This document shows, one piece after another, positions 40,001 to 56,430 of a stretch of 64,000 nucleotides of DNA. Below the pieces are notes generated by a model that saw only the letters and a program-made list of their open reading frames with translations, was not told the origin of the DNA and ran no database searches. Numbering within the stretch: the first letter of the stretch is position 1; each line of letters opens with the position of its first letter. The DNA comes from the human T2T-CHM13v2.0 reference genome, Homo sapiens. The stretch lies in the NCBI RefSeq assembly GCF_009914755.1, contig NC_060925.1; one strand, written 5' to 3'. The position numbers and the translations under genes were made by a program.

Positions 40001-43000
40001 TTCTGTGTTTGGGTTTGTTTTGTTCTTGTTTCTCGAATTCCTTAAGGTGTGACCTTAGATCGTCTATTTGTGCTGTTTCAGACTTTTAATGTAGGCATGT
40101 AATGCTATGAGCTATCCTTTTAGCACCAGTTTTGCTTTATCCCAGAGATTTTGATAGGTCATGTCACTATTATCATTCAGTTCAAATTTTCTTAAATTTT
40201 CACCTTGATTTCAGTGATCATTCAGGAACAGATTATTTAATTTCCATGCATTTTCATGGTTCTGAGAATTCCTTTTGGAGTTGATTTCCAATTTTATTCC
40301 ACTGTGATCTGAGAGTACTTGATATAATTTTGATTTTCTTAAATTTATTGTGATGTATTTTGCGGCCTATCATATGGTCTATCTTGGAGAATGTTCCATG
40401 TGCTGATGAATAGAATGTATATTCTGCAATTGTTGGGTAGAATGTTCAGTAAATATTTGTAAAGTCCATTTATTCTAGAGTATAGTTAAGGTCCATTGTG
40501 TTTTTGTTGACTTTCTGCCTTGATGACCTGGCTAGTGCTGTTAGTGGAGTATCGAACTCCCTCAATATTATTGTGTTGCTGTCTATCTCGTTTCTTAGGT
40601 TTCATAGTAATTGTTTTATAAATTTGGGAGCTCCAGTGTTAGGTGCATATATATTTAGGATTGTGATATTTTCCTATTGGATTAGTTCTTATATCATTAT
40701 GTAATGTCCTTCTTTGTATTTTTTATCTGTTGTTGCTTTAAAGTCTGTTTTGTCTGATACAAGGATAGCTACTCCTGATCACTTTTGGTGTCCATTTGCA
40801 TGGAATATCTTTTTCCATCCCTTTACCTTAACTATATGTGAATCTTTAAGTGTTAGGTGAGTCTCTCGGAGACAGCAAATACTTTGTTGGTGAATTATTA
40901 TCCACCCGGTCATTCTGTATCTTTTAAGTGGAGCATTTAGGCCATTTGCATTCAACATTAGTATTGAGATATGAGGTACTATTCTATTCATCATGCCAGT
41001 TGTCACCTAAATACCTTATTTACTTTCCCATTTCATTACTGTTTATAGGCCTTGTGAGAGTTATGCTTTAAGGAGGTTCTATATGGGTGTATTTTGAGAT
41101 TTTGTTTCAAGATTTAGAGCTCCTTTTAGCAGTTCTTATAGTGCTGACTTGGTAGTGGTGAATTCTCTCAGCATTTGTTTGTCTGAAAATAACTTTATTT
41201 CTCCTTCATTTATGAAGCTTAGTTTCATTGGATACAAAATTATTGGCTGATAATTGTTTTGTTTAAGGAAGCTACAGATAGGACCCCAATTCCTTCTAGC
41301 TTGTAGGGTTTCTGCTGAGAAATCTGCTGTTAATCTGATAAGTTTTTCTTTATAGGTTACCTGATGCTTTTTCCTCACAGCTCTTAAGATTCTTTCCTTC
41401 ATCTTGACTTGAGATAACCTGATGACTATGTGCCAACATGATTATCTTTTTGTGAAGAATTTGCCAGGTTTTCTGTGTTTGTTTGGATGTCTAGATCTTG
41501 GACAAGGCCAGAGAAGTTTTCCACAGTTATTCCCTCAAATATGTTTTCCAAACTTTTAGATTTCTCTTCTTCCTCAGGAACACCAATTATTCTTAGATTT
41601 GATCATTTAACATAATCCCAAACTTCTTTCTTTGTTCATTTTTAAATATTTTTTCTTTGTCTTTGTTGGATTCAGTTAATTTGAAAGCCTTGTCTTTGAG
41701 CTCTGAAGTTCTTCTATTTGTTTGATTCTATTTTTGACTTTCCAGTGTACTTTGCATTTCTGTGTGTCCTTCATTTCCAGAAGTTGTGATTGTTTTTTAT
41801 TTATGCTACCCATTTCTCTGGAGATTTTTCCATCCATATCCTGTAGCATATTTAAAATTTCTTTAAGTTGGTATTCACCTTTCTTTGGTGCCTCCTTAAG
41901 TAGCTTAATAATCAACCTGCTGAATTCTTTTTCTGGCAATTCAGAGATTTCTTCTTGGTTTGGATCTATTGCTGGAGAGCTAGTGTGATCTTTGGAGATA
42001 TTAAAGAAACTTGTTTTGTCATATTACCAGAGTTATTTTTCTGGCTCCTTCTCATTTGGGTAGACTATGTCAGAGGGAAGATCTGGGGCTCAAGATTGCT
42101 GTTCAAATTCTTTTGTTCAACAGGGTGTTCCCTGGAGGAGCTCCCTAAAGAGGGTGCTCCTCCAGTCCCAAGCCACTAGCTAGAGGAAGGGGCTTCCTGA
42201 GAGCTGAACTTCAGTGATTGTTATATCTCTTCTGGGTTTAGCCATCCAGTGGACAAAAGAATCTGAACAATGGCTCTTGAGTCCCTTATCTTCCCTCTGA
42301 CATAGTCTACCCAAATAAGAAGTAACCAGAAAAACAGTTCTGGTTCCTCTAGGTAGTGGCTTGGGACTGGAGGAGCCCCCTCTTTAGGGAGCTCCTCCAG
42401 GGACCACCCTGTGGGACAAAAGAATTTGAACAGCAGTCCTTGAGCCCCAGATCCTCCAGTACAAGCCACTACCTAGAGGAAGGGGCTTCCTGAGAGCTGA
42501 ATTGCAGTGATTGTTATATCTCTTCTGGGTTCAGCCACCCAGTGGAGCTACCAGGCTCCAAGATGGTACTGGGGTGTGTCTGCAAAGAGTCCTGTGATTT
42601 TATTTGTCTTCAGGTTTCTCAGCCATGGTTACCAGAACCTGCTCTGGTTGAGGTGGCAGGAGAGTGAAGTGGACTCTTTGAGAGTCCTTGGTTTCAGTTT
42701 TGTTCAGTGTGCTGGTTTCTCTAATGCTGGTTATGGTAACAGTGATATTGTCATGTGCACAGACATGACCTCTGGTTAGCCAGGATATTACAGGTGATAG
42801 AATTGGTGTGGTTTTCTCCTTTCCTGAGTGGGCTGTTCTTTTATGAGTTGCTGTAATGGTTGGGTTGGGTGGCCTCTAGCCAGGAGGTGGCACTTTCAAG
42901 AGAGCATCAGCTGTGGTAGTATGGGGCGATACAAGCTTGCCCTAAGGTTGACTGGATAAGTATTTGGGTTTCTCAGGTAATGGGTGGGGACATAGAGCTC

Positions 43001-44003
43001 CCAATACATTGTGTCTTTTGTCTTCAGCTACCAGGGTGGATAGAGAAAGGCCATTAGGTGGGGACAGGGATAGACATGTCTGAGCCCAGACTCTCCTTGG
43101 GTGGGGCTTGCTGCAGCTGCTGTGGGGGATGGGATATGGTTCTCAGGCTAATGTAATTATGTTCCCACGGGGATTATGGCTGCCTCTCCTGCATCATACA
43201 GGTTGCCAGGGAAGTGGTGAAAAGATGGCAGTGACAGGCCTCACCCAGCTCCCACTCAGCCAGCAAGGCCAGTTTCACTCCCATCTTGCCAGACCAATAA
43301 CATCAAGTTTATATCCAGGTAGCTGGTGAGCAGGGATAAGATCTTGCCCCAGGCTACAAGTCACCCTACTGAGAAAGCAAACAGGGCTTTCAGGCCTCAC
43401 CCCTCCCTGCCTGCTACAGCTTCTGTGTGCATATCTGCACTTCCCATTTGGCCACCCCCCACTCCCCTGGATTCTGCCCAGGATTAATTGCACTCAGTCA
43501 AAATTATTACCAGGTTCAGCTGGGAGTTTCCTTCTCCCTGTGGCCCTTTCCCAGTTCCACTGGCTGCCCTCCCCAAGGACCTCTGTGAGATAAAGTCAGG
43601 AATGGTTTCCCTGGGCTTCTCTGGGGACTGGGAGTGCCTACAGGGATCTTCCCACTGCTTCTACTACTTTCATATTTTGCTTGGCTCTCTAAAATGATTT
43701 CAGCTCTAGGTAAAGTGAAATCCTTCTCCTGTGATCTGGATTTTTAGGTTCCGCAGTAGGTATGTGTGGTCACAAGCTGACTTTCCCCCCCCCTCTCACA
43801 TTTTAGGCACTGGTAGTTTTTTGGCTGTCTCACGGAGTTTGCAGTGGCAAGCTACTTCTTTCAAAGGGTCTGTGAATTCTTTTGTTTTTCCTGGTATCTT
43901 CCTGCAGTAGTTCTTGGAGGAAAAGCTCATGACATGAGTTTCTACACATTGTTCTGTCCATCTGAGTGAGAGCTGCAAGTTAGTCCTGCCTCCTATCTGC
44001 CTT
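37023..44003 (-). mobile_element. Full-length L1PB1 (decayed ORF1/ORF2)
   Basis: L1PB1 3' UTR (gagattttggtgcacccatcacctgag, cctcatagcttagctcccacttataagtgagaac); ORF2 start 40779-41006; ORF1 peptides 41136-41402 and 41676-41939; 5' end ggcagataggaggcaggactaacttgcagctc; approximate TSD cttcttcagtttt/ttctttcagtttt. Confidence 0.92.
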
Positions 44004-44774
44004 TTATTATTATTATTATTATTCTGATCTCCTTCTTTCAGTTTTAAATAATAGGTTCTCTCACTTGTCTAGAGCAGTCTATCTACCCATGCTCTGTAAC
44101 TGATTCCTTGCTGTCTCCTCCAGGACATGGCTCTGTTGGTTGCTTTCTCTTCCTTTCTACTATCACCTTCCCCATAGACCATATATAAATCCCTCTAAAA
44201 AAAAAAAACCAAAAAACTGAGGAAAAGGAAAATAAATACTTCCCCTCATCAAATATCTTCTTGTAGTTGCTATTCTTCTTCTGTTTTTAGCAAGTGTCTC
44301 CCAACAGCCTACATTCACAATTTCTACTTGCTCTCGCTTTGTCCCACTAGTCACCCCACAGCAATACCTCTTTGCCCAAGTAGCTCACACTATTGAACCC
44401 ATTCCAGTAAAATAACTTTAATGATTTTCAAAATGCCAAATTTAGTAAATGCTTTTTAGTGTCTGTGTGCCATTTGGCATTACCGTCCATTTCCATTTTC
44501 ATTCTGTGTGACTTCTGAAATAACGCTTTCTCTTTATAGTTTCCCCTTGCTTATGGCTTTTCTTTCCTCGTTTCCTTTGTTGGATCTGCTAGCTGTAGCT
44601 ACTCCTTAAATGTTAATGTTTCTGAAGATTCTGTCCCTGGCCCACTTTTGTCACTGGGCATGATAATCCTCATCAACATTATCCTACGTTATCTTGGAGT
44701 TTCAGCTACAATCATATGCTGATGGCATTCAAACTCCTGCCTCCAGCCAAGACCTCATTTCAGTTTCAGATCCC

Positions 44775-44969
44775 ACACATTTATTTAACAAACATTTAAG
44801 TAGTGCTTTCTACATTCTAGGATCTAAGCTTTGCAAATGCTAGTTCATTTAATTCCCATTACAATCCTATGAAGTTGGTATATAGGAGGAAAATTGAGGT
44901 ACTAACATAAGACTAAAAAATTTGAAGTTTCCCAGCTAGTCAAACAACCTAAATGATTGTATAGGTTGT
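44775..44969 (-). mobile_element. MIR split by the L1PA3/4 insertion (resumes ~51366-51460)
   Basis: ttcatttaattcccattacaatcctatgaagttggta...gaggaaaattgagg; second half taacttgccccaggccgcaca...cagtcaggctccaaagtccatgct. Confidence 0.7.
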
Positions 44970-45998
44970 CCGGGGTGGAGCCAAGATGACTGAATAGGAA
45001 CAGCTCCAGTCTACAGCTCCCAGCATGAGCGACGCAGAAGACGGGTGATTTCTGCATTTCCAACTGAGGTACCGGGTTCATCTCACTGGAGAGTGCTGGA
45101 CAGTGGGTGCAGGACAGTGGATGCAGTGCACCATGCATGAGCCAAAGCAGGGTGAGGCATCGCCTCACCTGGGAAGTGCAAGTGGTCAGGGAACTCCCTT
45201 TCCTAGCCAAAGAAAGAGGGGACAGATGGCACCTGGAAAATCGGATCACTCCCACCCTAATACTGCACTATTCCAATGGACTTATCAAATGGCACACCAG
45301 GAGATTATATCCTGCACATGCCTTGGAGGGTCCTACGCCCATGGAGCCTCGCTCATTGCTAGCACAGCAGTCTGAGATCAAACTGCAAGGCAGCAGCGAG
45401 GCCAGGGGAGGGGGGCCTGCCACTGCCAAGGCTTGAGTAGGTAAATAAAGCAGCCAGGAAGCTCGAACTGGGTGGAGCCCACCACAGATCAAGGAGGGCT
45501 GCCTGCCTCTGTAGGCTCCACCTCTGGGGGCAGGGCACAGACAAACAAAAGACAGCAGTAACCTCTGCAGACTTAAATGTCCCTGTCTGACAGCTTTGAA
45601 GACAGTAGTGGTTCTCCCAGCACGCAGCTTGAGATCTGAGAACTGGCAGACTGCCTCCTCAAGTGGGTCCTTGACCCCCGAGTAGCCTAACTGGGAGGCA
45701 CCCCCTAGTAGGGGCAGACTGATGCCTCACACAGCTGGGTACTCTTCTGAGACAAAACTTCCAGAGGAATGATCAGGCAGCAGCATTTGCAGTTCACCAA
45801 TATCCACTGTTCTGCAGCCACCGCTGCTGATACCCAGGCAAATAGGGTCTGGAGTGAACCTCCAGCAAACTCCAACAGACCTGCAGCTGAGGGTCCGGAC
45901 TGTTAGAAGGAAAACTAACAAACAGAAAGGACATCCACATCAAAAACCCATCTGTACGTCATCATCATCAAAGACCAAAGGTAGATAAAACCACAAAG

Positions 45999-47014
45999 AT
46001 GGGGAATAAAACAGAGCAGAAAAGCTGGAAACTCTAAAAATCAGAGTGCCTCTCCTCCTCCAAAGGAACGCAGCTCCTCACCAGCAACAGAACAAAGCTG
46101 GACGGACAATGACTTTGACGAGTTGAGAGAAGAAGGCTTCAGATCAAACTACTCTGAGCTAAAGGAGGAAGTTTGAACCAATGGCAAAAAAGTTAAAAAC
46201 CTTGAAAAAAAATTAGATGAATGGCTAACTAGAATAACCAATGCAGAGAAGTCCTTAAAGGACCTGATGGAGCTGAAAACCACAGCACGAGAACTACGTG
46301 ATGAATGCACAAGCTTCAGTAGCTGATGCGATCAACTGGAAGAAAGGGTATCAGCGAAGGAAGATGAAATGAATGAAATGAAGCAAGAAGAGAAGTTTAG
46401 AGAAAAAAGAATAAAAAGAAACAAACAAAACCTCCAAGAAATATGGGACTATGTGAAAAGACCAAATCTATGTCTGATTGGTGTACCTGAAAGTGACGGG
46501 GAGAATGGAACCAAGTTGAAAAACACTCTGCAGGATATTATCCAGGAGAACTTCCCCAGCCTAGCAAGGCAGGCCAACATTCAGATTCAGGAAATACAGA
46601 GAATGCCACAAAGATTCTCCTCGAGAAGAGCAACTCCAAGACACATAATTGTCAGATTTACCAAAGTTGAAATGAAAGAAAAAATGTTAAGGGCAGCCAG
46701 AGAGAAAGGTCGGGTTACCCACAAAGGGAAGCCCATCAGACTAACAGTGGATCTCTCAGCAGAAATTCTACAAGCCAGAAGAGAGTGGGGGCCAATATTC
46801 AACATTCTTAAAGAAAAGAATTTTCAACCCAGAATTTCATATCCAGCCAAACTAAGCTTCATAAGTGAAGGGAGCAATAAAATATTTTACTGACAAGCAA
46901 ATGCTGAGAGATTTTGTCACCACCAGACCTGCCCTAAAAGAGCTCCTGAAGGAAGCGCTAAACATGGAAAGGAACAACCGGTACCAGCCACTGCAAAGTC
47001 ATGCCAAATTGTAA
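45999..47014 (+). pseudogene. L1 ORF1p, disrupted
   Basis: ORF 46369-46893 (LQEIWDYVKRPNL...RATPRHIIVRF); frameshift near the start, stop at 46324-46326, frameshift near 46870. Confidence 0.9.
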
Positions 47015-47062
47015 ACACCATCGAGGCTAGGAAGAAACTGCATCAACTAATGAGCAAAATAA

Positions 47063-50916
<3,854 letters not shown>

Positions 50917-51133
50917 ACAATGAAAACACATGGACACAGGAAGGGGAATATCACACACCGGGGCCTGTTGTGGGGTGGGGGGAGGGGGGAGGGATAGCAT
51001 TAGGAGATATACCTAATGCTAAATGACGAGTTGATGGGTGCAGCACACCAACATGGCACATGTATCCATATGTAGCAAACCTGCCCATTGTGCACATGTA
51101 CCCTAAAACTTAAAGTGTAATAATAAAAAAAAA

Positions 51134-51343
51134 GGTTTCTACCACTAAGTTTAGTGAATATTCTATACAGAAGAAGAGTTAAAGTCCCAATAGCCTTTCA
51201 TACATTTAATAACTTCTTACTAAAAACATTTTTCTGGGCACAGAAATCAGCTATGGTGAATAGACAACAGGTTCTTGGTCTGAAGAAACGCTCTCTGGTG
51301 GTGGTAAACCAACTCTAAATAAATAAATTGACATAGATTTTTT
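51134..51343 (+). other. Candidate L1 3' transduced segment
   Basis: lies between the L1 A tail and the downstream TSD copy (51347-51365); has its own AATAAA at 51318-51327. Confidence 0.75.
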
Positions 51344-54300
51344 AAAAAATGATTTTATAGGTTGTATAACTTGCCCCAGGCCGCACAACTTATAACTGGT
51401 AGAGCCAGCATTGGAATTGAGACAGTCAGGCTCCAAAGTCCATGCTGACAACCATTTTGCTGAATTCTTCATCTCAGTGTCCCTTGGGTACCTCTAACTT
51501 ACCATATCTGAAACTAGATTTAGCTTTCTCTGAAAACTGACTTCTACCAATCTAATCAACAATGATAAAGCTAATATTCCGAGTCACCTTCAAATTGATA
51601 TTTTTTAATTAGTGATTTAACATTTAATTAGATATGTTGGGGGAAATTGATATAATAAGCATTGTATACTTACATCATTATCATAAAAATAGTATATCCC
51701 TAATACAATGTAAAATTTTGATATTTTTGGAATTGTCTTTCTTTCAGTTACTCCTTCGCTCATACATAAATGAGCTATTGAAGATAAAGTTTCATGTCCA
51801 TGGATATGTTTAGACTTTTAAAAATCACTTGAAGGATTATTTTTCTGATTTATATGTCAGCAGAATATTTTGTGACTACTTTTTGAATAACATTTTAAAT
51901 AGATAGTGCCAAATAAATCACATGTTATTTGGCATAGATGTTTCTGGATCCAGTAGTTAGAATCTTTCTTTACATATGTGATAGAGTTTTAAGGTAAAAC
52001 AAAATTGCTATGGAAATTTATTTAAATGGCAATGCTTGTTTTATCCATCTAGAATCCATCTAGAATCTGTACAAGATTGTAGGTAAATTCATCTTAATGA
52101 GCTATGCAAAACTGTCCTTAAACCACAAACCAGATTTACAAATACAATTACTTAGCACTTTTCCTATAACATTTGAAACAAATAATCAGTTATAATTAGA
52201 ATCTTGAGGATAAACTCACTGTTCATTTTATATATATATATATCCCTTGCAATATAATTTGCTTTCATATTGCCAAATTAAGTGGAACAGGCCACCTAGC
52301 AAGATTATAGTAATGTCAGCAATTAGTCAAATATTATTTTGCTGGTAGATACCATAGTTCAGTTCTACAAAAAGAATTATTTCAATTAATCAACTTTCAG
52401 TAACAAAATCTAAAGTAATTTTATGACATGGCAAAGATTGGATTTTTTTAATCTTTCACTTCAAATTCAAAAAAATTTCTAACAAAATAGGAGAAATAGA
52501 AATATATTCACTAATTCACTTCTACTTGTCAAAGCAAGCTACACATTCTGACTTTTTAAAAAATCTTGGTTTTTACTTTTTTTCAGTTTTTGTGATCTGT
52601 TCAATCTTTCTGCACTAGTCATAATCAGACAACTCTTTGGTAGACATATAAAGATGTTTAAATTTCCTCAAGTAAAATAAATATAATAAATCACATATTC
52701 CAAGTAAACAGCACTTTGCCATGCTTTTGTTAATTTCAGAATATTAGATGGCACTACATACTAGCATCACATGACTCTCATTTTACTGCTCTCAGGTTTT
52801 GGACGGGATGTATAGCTGCACCTTGCAATTCACATGCATGCTGCCCATCATTCCTCAGTGAGGAGGGAGAGGATGAGTCAATGAAGAATTGTGCTCCTCC
52901 AGGTGCTTTTTAGTTTAGCAGGGCTGAGACCAGTTTACCTGGAGAACATGAATTTAAGTAGTTGCTTGTGGAAACCTGAGTTATTAATTGGCACCATAAG
53001 TAACTAATATCACTTGTGGGATTTTTCACCACTGACAACATGTAGAAAACAGTAACATCCTTCTTTAAATTAGACTTGGATTGTCCATAAGGTCTGACTT
53101 CTCCAATTGAGGAAGCAACCATCTCTCTCAACAGATGTTGCTATTTATGGTGCAAACAAGTCAGACTTCATAAATGTGTTGGAGCTTTAAAGTAAACCAA
53201 AATTATGAGATAAACTTTGTAACATAAGTGCATGTTTTATTTACTTATATTTTATAATAAATTCACAGAAAATAAGATGTGATTTAGCAAATTTGAGAAC
53301 AATAAGCTTTAAGCCCAAAATAGGCCTCTTCTCTCCTTCAGTGTCTTCTGAAGACTCCCAAACTTAAATGAATGTTATATACTCATCTGCCTTCAGAGAA
53401 AAAGCCTCACAGTTGTATTTCAGGACTCAGGGTTTCATTGTCTAAAGAAATTATATTTAACTTTATTCATAGCAGATTTATGGTTGCTTTGATGCTTAAA
53501 GTCTTGCAAGGACTTTTACCAATGATCTTTGAAGTTCTGTGCAAAAATCCCTGAACTTATGTAGAAGAAAACTGAAAGCCCTAATATACCCATTTTAGAC
53601 ATTAGATCTTGCAATTATCACTTGCAGTGATGCTACACTGGAAATGGCCTGCTTTAAGTGTGAAGATTTGAAATATTCAGAAGAGAATCATCTCTCTGAA
53701 CAGCTTTTCTTTTCTTTATTCAATGAAAATTCTTCATCTTGGAACTTAGTCCAACTTTTGAAACTTAACGTGGTGATACCCACCCTGCTTTCTTTCCCTT
53801 TGATTATTCCTTTTCCCCAATCCATTTTGTACCAAACTTATATTTCAGTTTTTCTACTACATGTTTATTCATCTTTTTGCCAGTTTTGTAGATAGATAAT
53901 AGATAAATAGCTAGCTAGCTAACAGGATAAATAAACACAGATACAGCTTCAGGTCCAATTTCTTTGGTAGGATTTATTTGAAAGAACTTAAAATATTACT
54001 CTTTCTCAATTAAATCTATACTTTTTAAAATTTAGAAATGAAATTACTATAAACCTTTCTATCCAGCTTCTTAGAATCTCATTTCTTCAATGAGCATTTC
54101 TGAGTGCTTACCATTCTGTGAATATTTAAGATGTCTTACCAACTGTAGTGACTGAAAAACTATTATAAATAGGAGTTTATTTTACAAAAAGAAGTCCAGA
54201 GATAGTCATGTATAGTTGTTTGAGTTTCAGATTCCTATCAAAGGTCCAGCATTCTTCAGCTTTACACTTTGCCAACCTTAGTATATTAGTTAGCATATGC

Positions 54301-54895
54301 TAGGCTATGCTGATGTACAAGTAAATTCCAACATCTTAGAATCTTAACACACAAAAAAATGTGGTCAGTACGGATGGTGTAGTCAAGCAGGAAACAAGTT
54401 TCCTTACATCTTATCCTTAATATACAGCCAAGATCATCACAGAAGAGGAAAAGACCATGTGGGAAATCACATAAGGAGGTTTTAGGACCAAGAGTGGAAG
54501 CATGGTACAACATTTGCACCCATATACCTTTAGTCAGAACCCAATCACCTGGTCTTTCACATCTAATTGGTCACATTATTACTTTGAGCTGAAGGGAATC
54601 CAGAAAGTATTCTTCTAGTCAGGGCAAAAAGATATTTGGTAGGTAACTAGCAATATTTACCTCAGGGATATAATGCTGAACAATGTATAGTTTCAGCCTT
54701 CTATGTGCTTATGTTACAATGTGAGAGAAATGCTACATTGTGAGTGCTGTAGCAGAGATTTCAATAAAATACTATAAGATTTCACAACACAGAGCAGCTC
54801 ACTCTTTCTAAAGAATTTAAAGGGGGCATCACAGAGAATATAACATTTTAGTTGGATATTAATGAAAGATTTGGAGCGTGTTAGGTAAGAAATGT

Positions 54896-55484
54896 TGCAA
54901 GGTGAAGCCAACTGGACTTCCTGGGTCGAGTGGGGGCTTGGAGAACTTTTCTGTCTAGCTAGAGGATTGTAAATGCACCAATCAGTGCTCTGTGTCTAGC
55001 TAAAGGATTGTAAATGCAACAATCAGCACTCTGTAAAAACGCACCTATCAGCGCTCTGTGTCTAGCTAAAGGATTGTAAATGGACCAAACAGCCCTCTGT
55101 AAAATGGGCCAATCAGCACTCTGTAAAATGGACCAATCAGCAGGACGTGGGCAGGGCCAAATAAGGGAATAAGAGCTGGCCATCGGAGCCAGCAGCGGCA
55201 ACCCGCTGGGCTCCCCTTCCACACTGTGGGAGCTTTGTTCTTTCGCTCTTCACAATAAATCTAGCTGCTGCTCACTATTTGAGTCCACACCACTTTTAAT
55301 AGCTGTAACACTCACTGTGAAGGTCTGCCGCTTCATTCTTGAAGTCAGTGAGACCACGAACCTACCAGAAGGAACAAACTCCGGATGCTCCACCTTTAAG
55401 AGCTGTAACACTCACCTGGAGGTTCGCAGCTCCTTGTAGTCAGCAAGACCAAGAACCCACCAGAAGGAACCAATTCCGGACACA
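54896..55484 (+). mobile_element. Solo LTR12F (ERV9 LTR)
   Basis: TG...CA ends, repeated tctagctaaaggattgtaaatgcaccaatcag units, AATAAA 55254-55259, perfect 4 bp TSD atgt (54892-54895/55485-55488). Confidence 0.93.
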
Positions 55485-56199
55485 ATGTGACTGGAAAGGT
55501 AGGATGCCATCACATTATAATTGGACTTATGTTATTTGTTAACAAGTTATCTTGGCATTGGAGTGTTACCAGAAAATTTTCAGCAGTGGGGGTCATATAA
55601 CTGGCTTTGCCATTGAGTAAATGTTGCGGTGGCTGGACTGTATAACCTTACAGCTTGAGAATGTCAAGCTCCGGGAGACTCACATACTCTTTAACTATAG
55701 GAAAAGGGTGCTATAGGAAGAGGAAAAGAGGAGTGTGAGGCAGGGAAGCTGAGACCTGTCTTCCCTCTTAGACCTCTAATAATGACAGCCCATTTAGTCC
55801 CCTCCAACCCCAAGATGTGTTCATCTAGTATCATATGAAACAGTGTTTGAGATAAGGCTGTTGATGCTCTGGGTTTTGATAATTAAAGCCTAAGAATAGT
55901 GTCCTATCTTAAAAGTCAAAGTGAGTCTCCCTGAAACTTTCATTCATTGGTTTTATCTTTCTCAGTGGTTAGTCTTTTTGAAGGTCATGGTATCCTTTGG
56001 AAATATATTGTACACATACATACGAAAACTCATGTGCAATTTCACAGGCTTGGAAGACTCTCTGGAGTCTTTCCATAGATCCCCAAGTTAAGAACCCTTG
56101 GCCTATAGCAACTCTAATAAAGGCCTACTTATACTTTAATTTATAGCCCTTCAAATATTTAAAAACAGCTTTCATATTTTATCTTTTTCAAACAGTGAT

Positions 56200-56430
56200 A
56201 AAGCCCTTAGCATGTTCAAATGGCGTGTTTGGCAGTTTATTATTAACTCATTTAATCGTCATAGCAACACTGTAAGATAGATACTATTTTTTTTCCCTTT
56301 TCCAAATGAGGAAACTGAAGTACAAAAGGGTTAAATAACTTGTCCAATTCACATAGCTACTAAATGGAAGAACCAAGGTTTCAAAATAGACAATCTGGCC
56401 CCTGAGCCTATGCACTTAGCACTATACTTA
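56200..56430 (-). mobile_element. MIR
   Basis: aactcatttaatc...caaatgaggaaactgaag...gttaaataacttgtccaa. Confidence 0.85.

Noticed and set aside
45268-45423. L1 ORF0 on the antisense strand
   Set aside because: The ORF0-like peptide is visible (AGPPPLASLLPCSLISDCCASN) but the start codon is GTG (45421-45423) and a premature stop truncates it
54950-55140. CRISPR-like repeat array
   Set aside because: Normal LTR12 U3 CCAAT repeats with no unique spacers, in eukaryotic DNA
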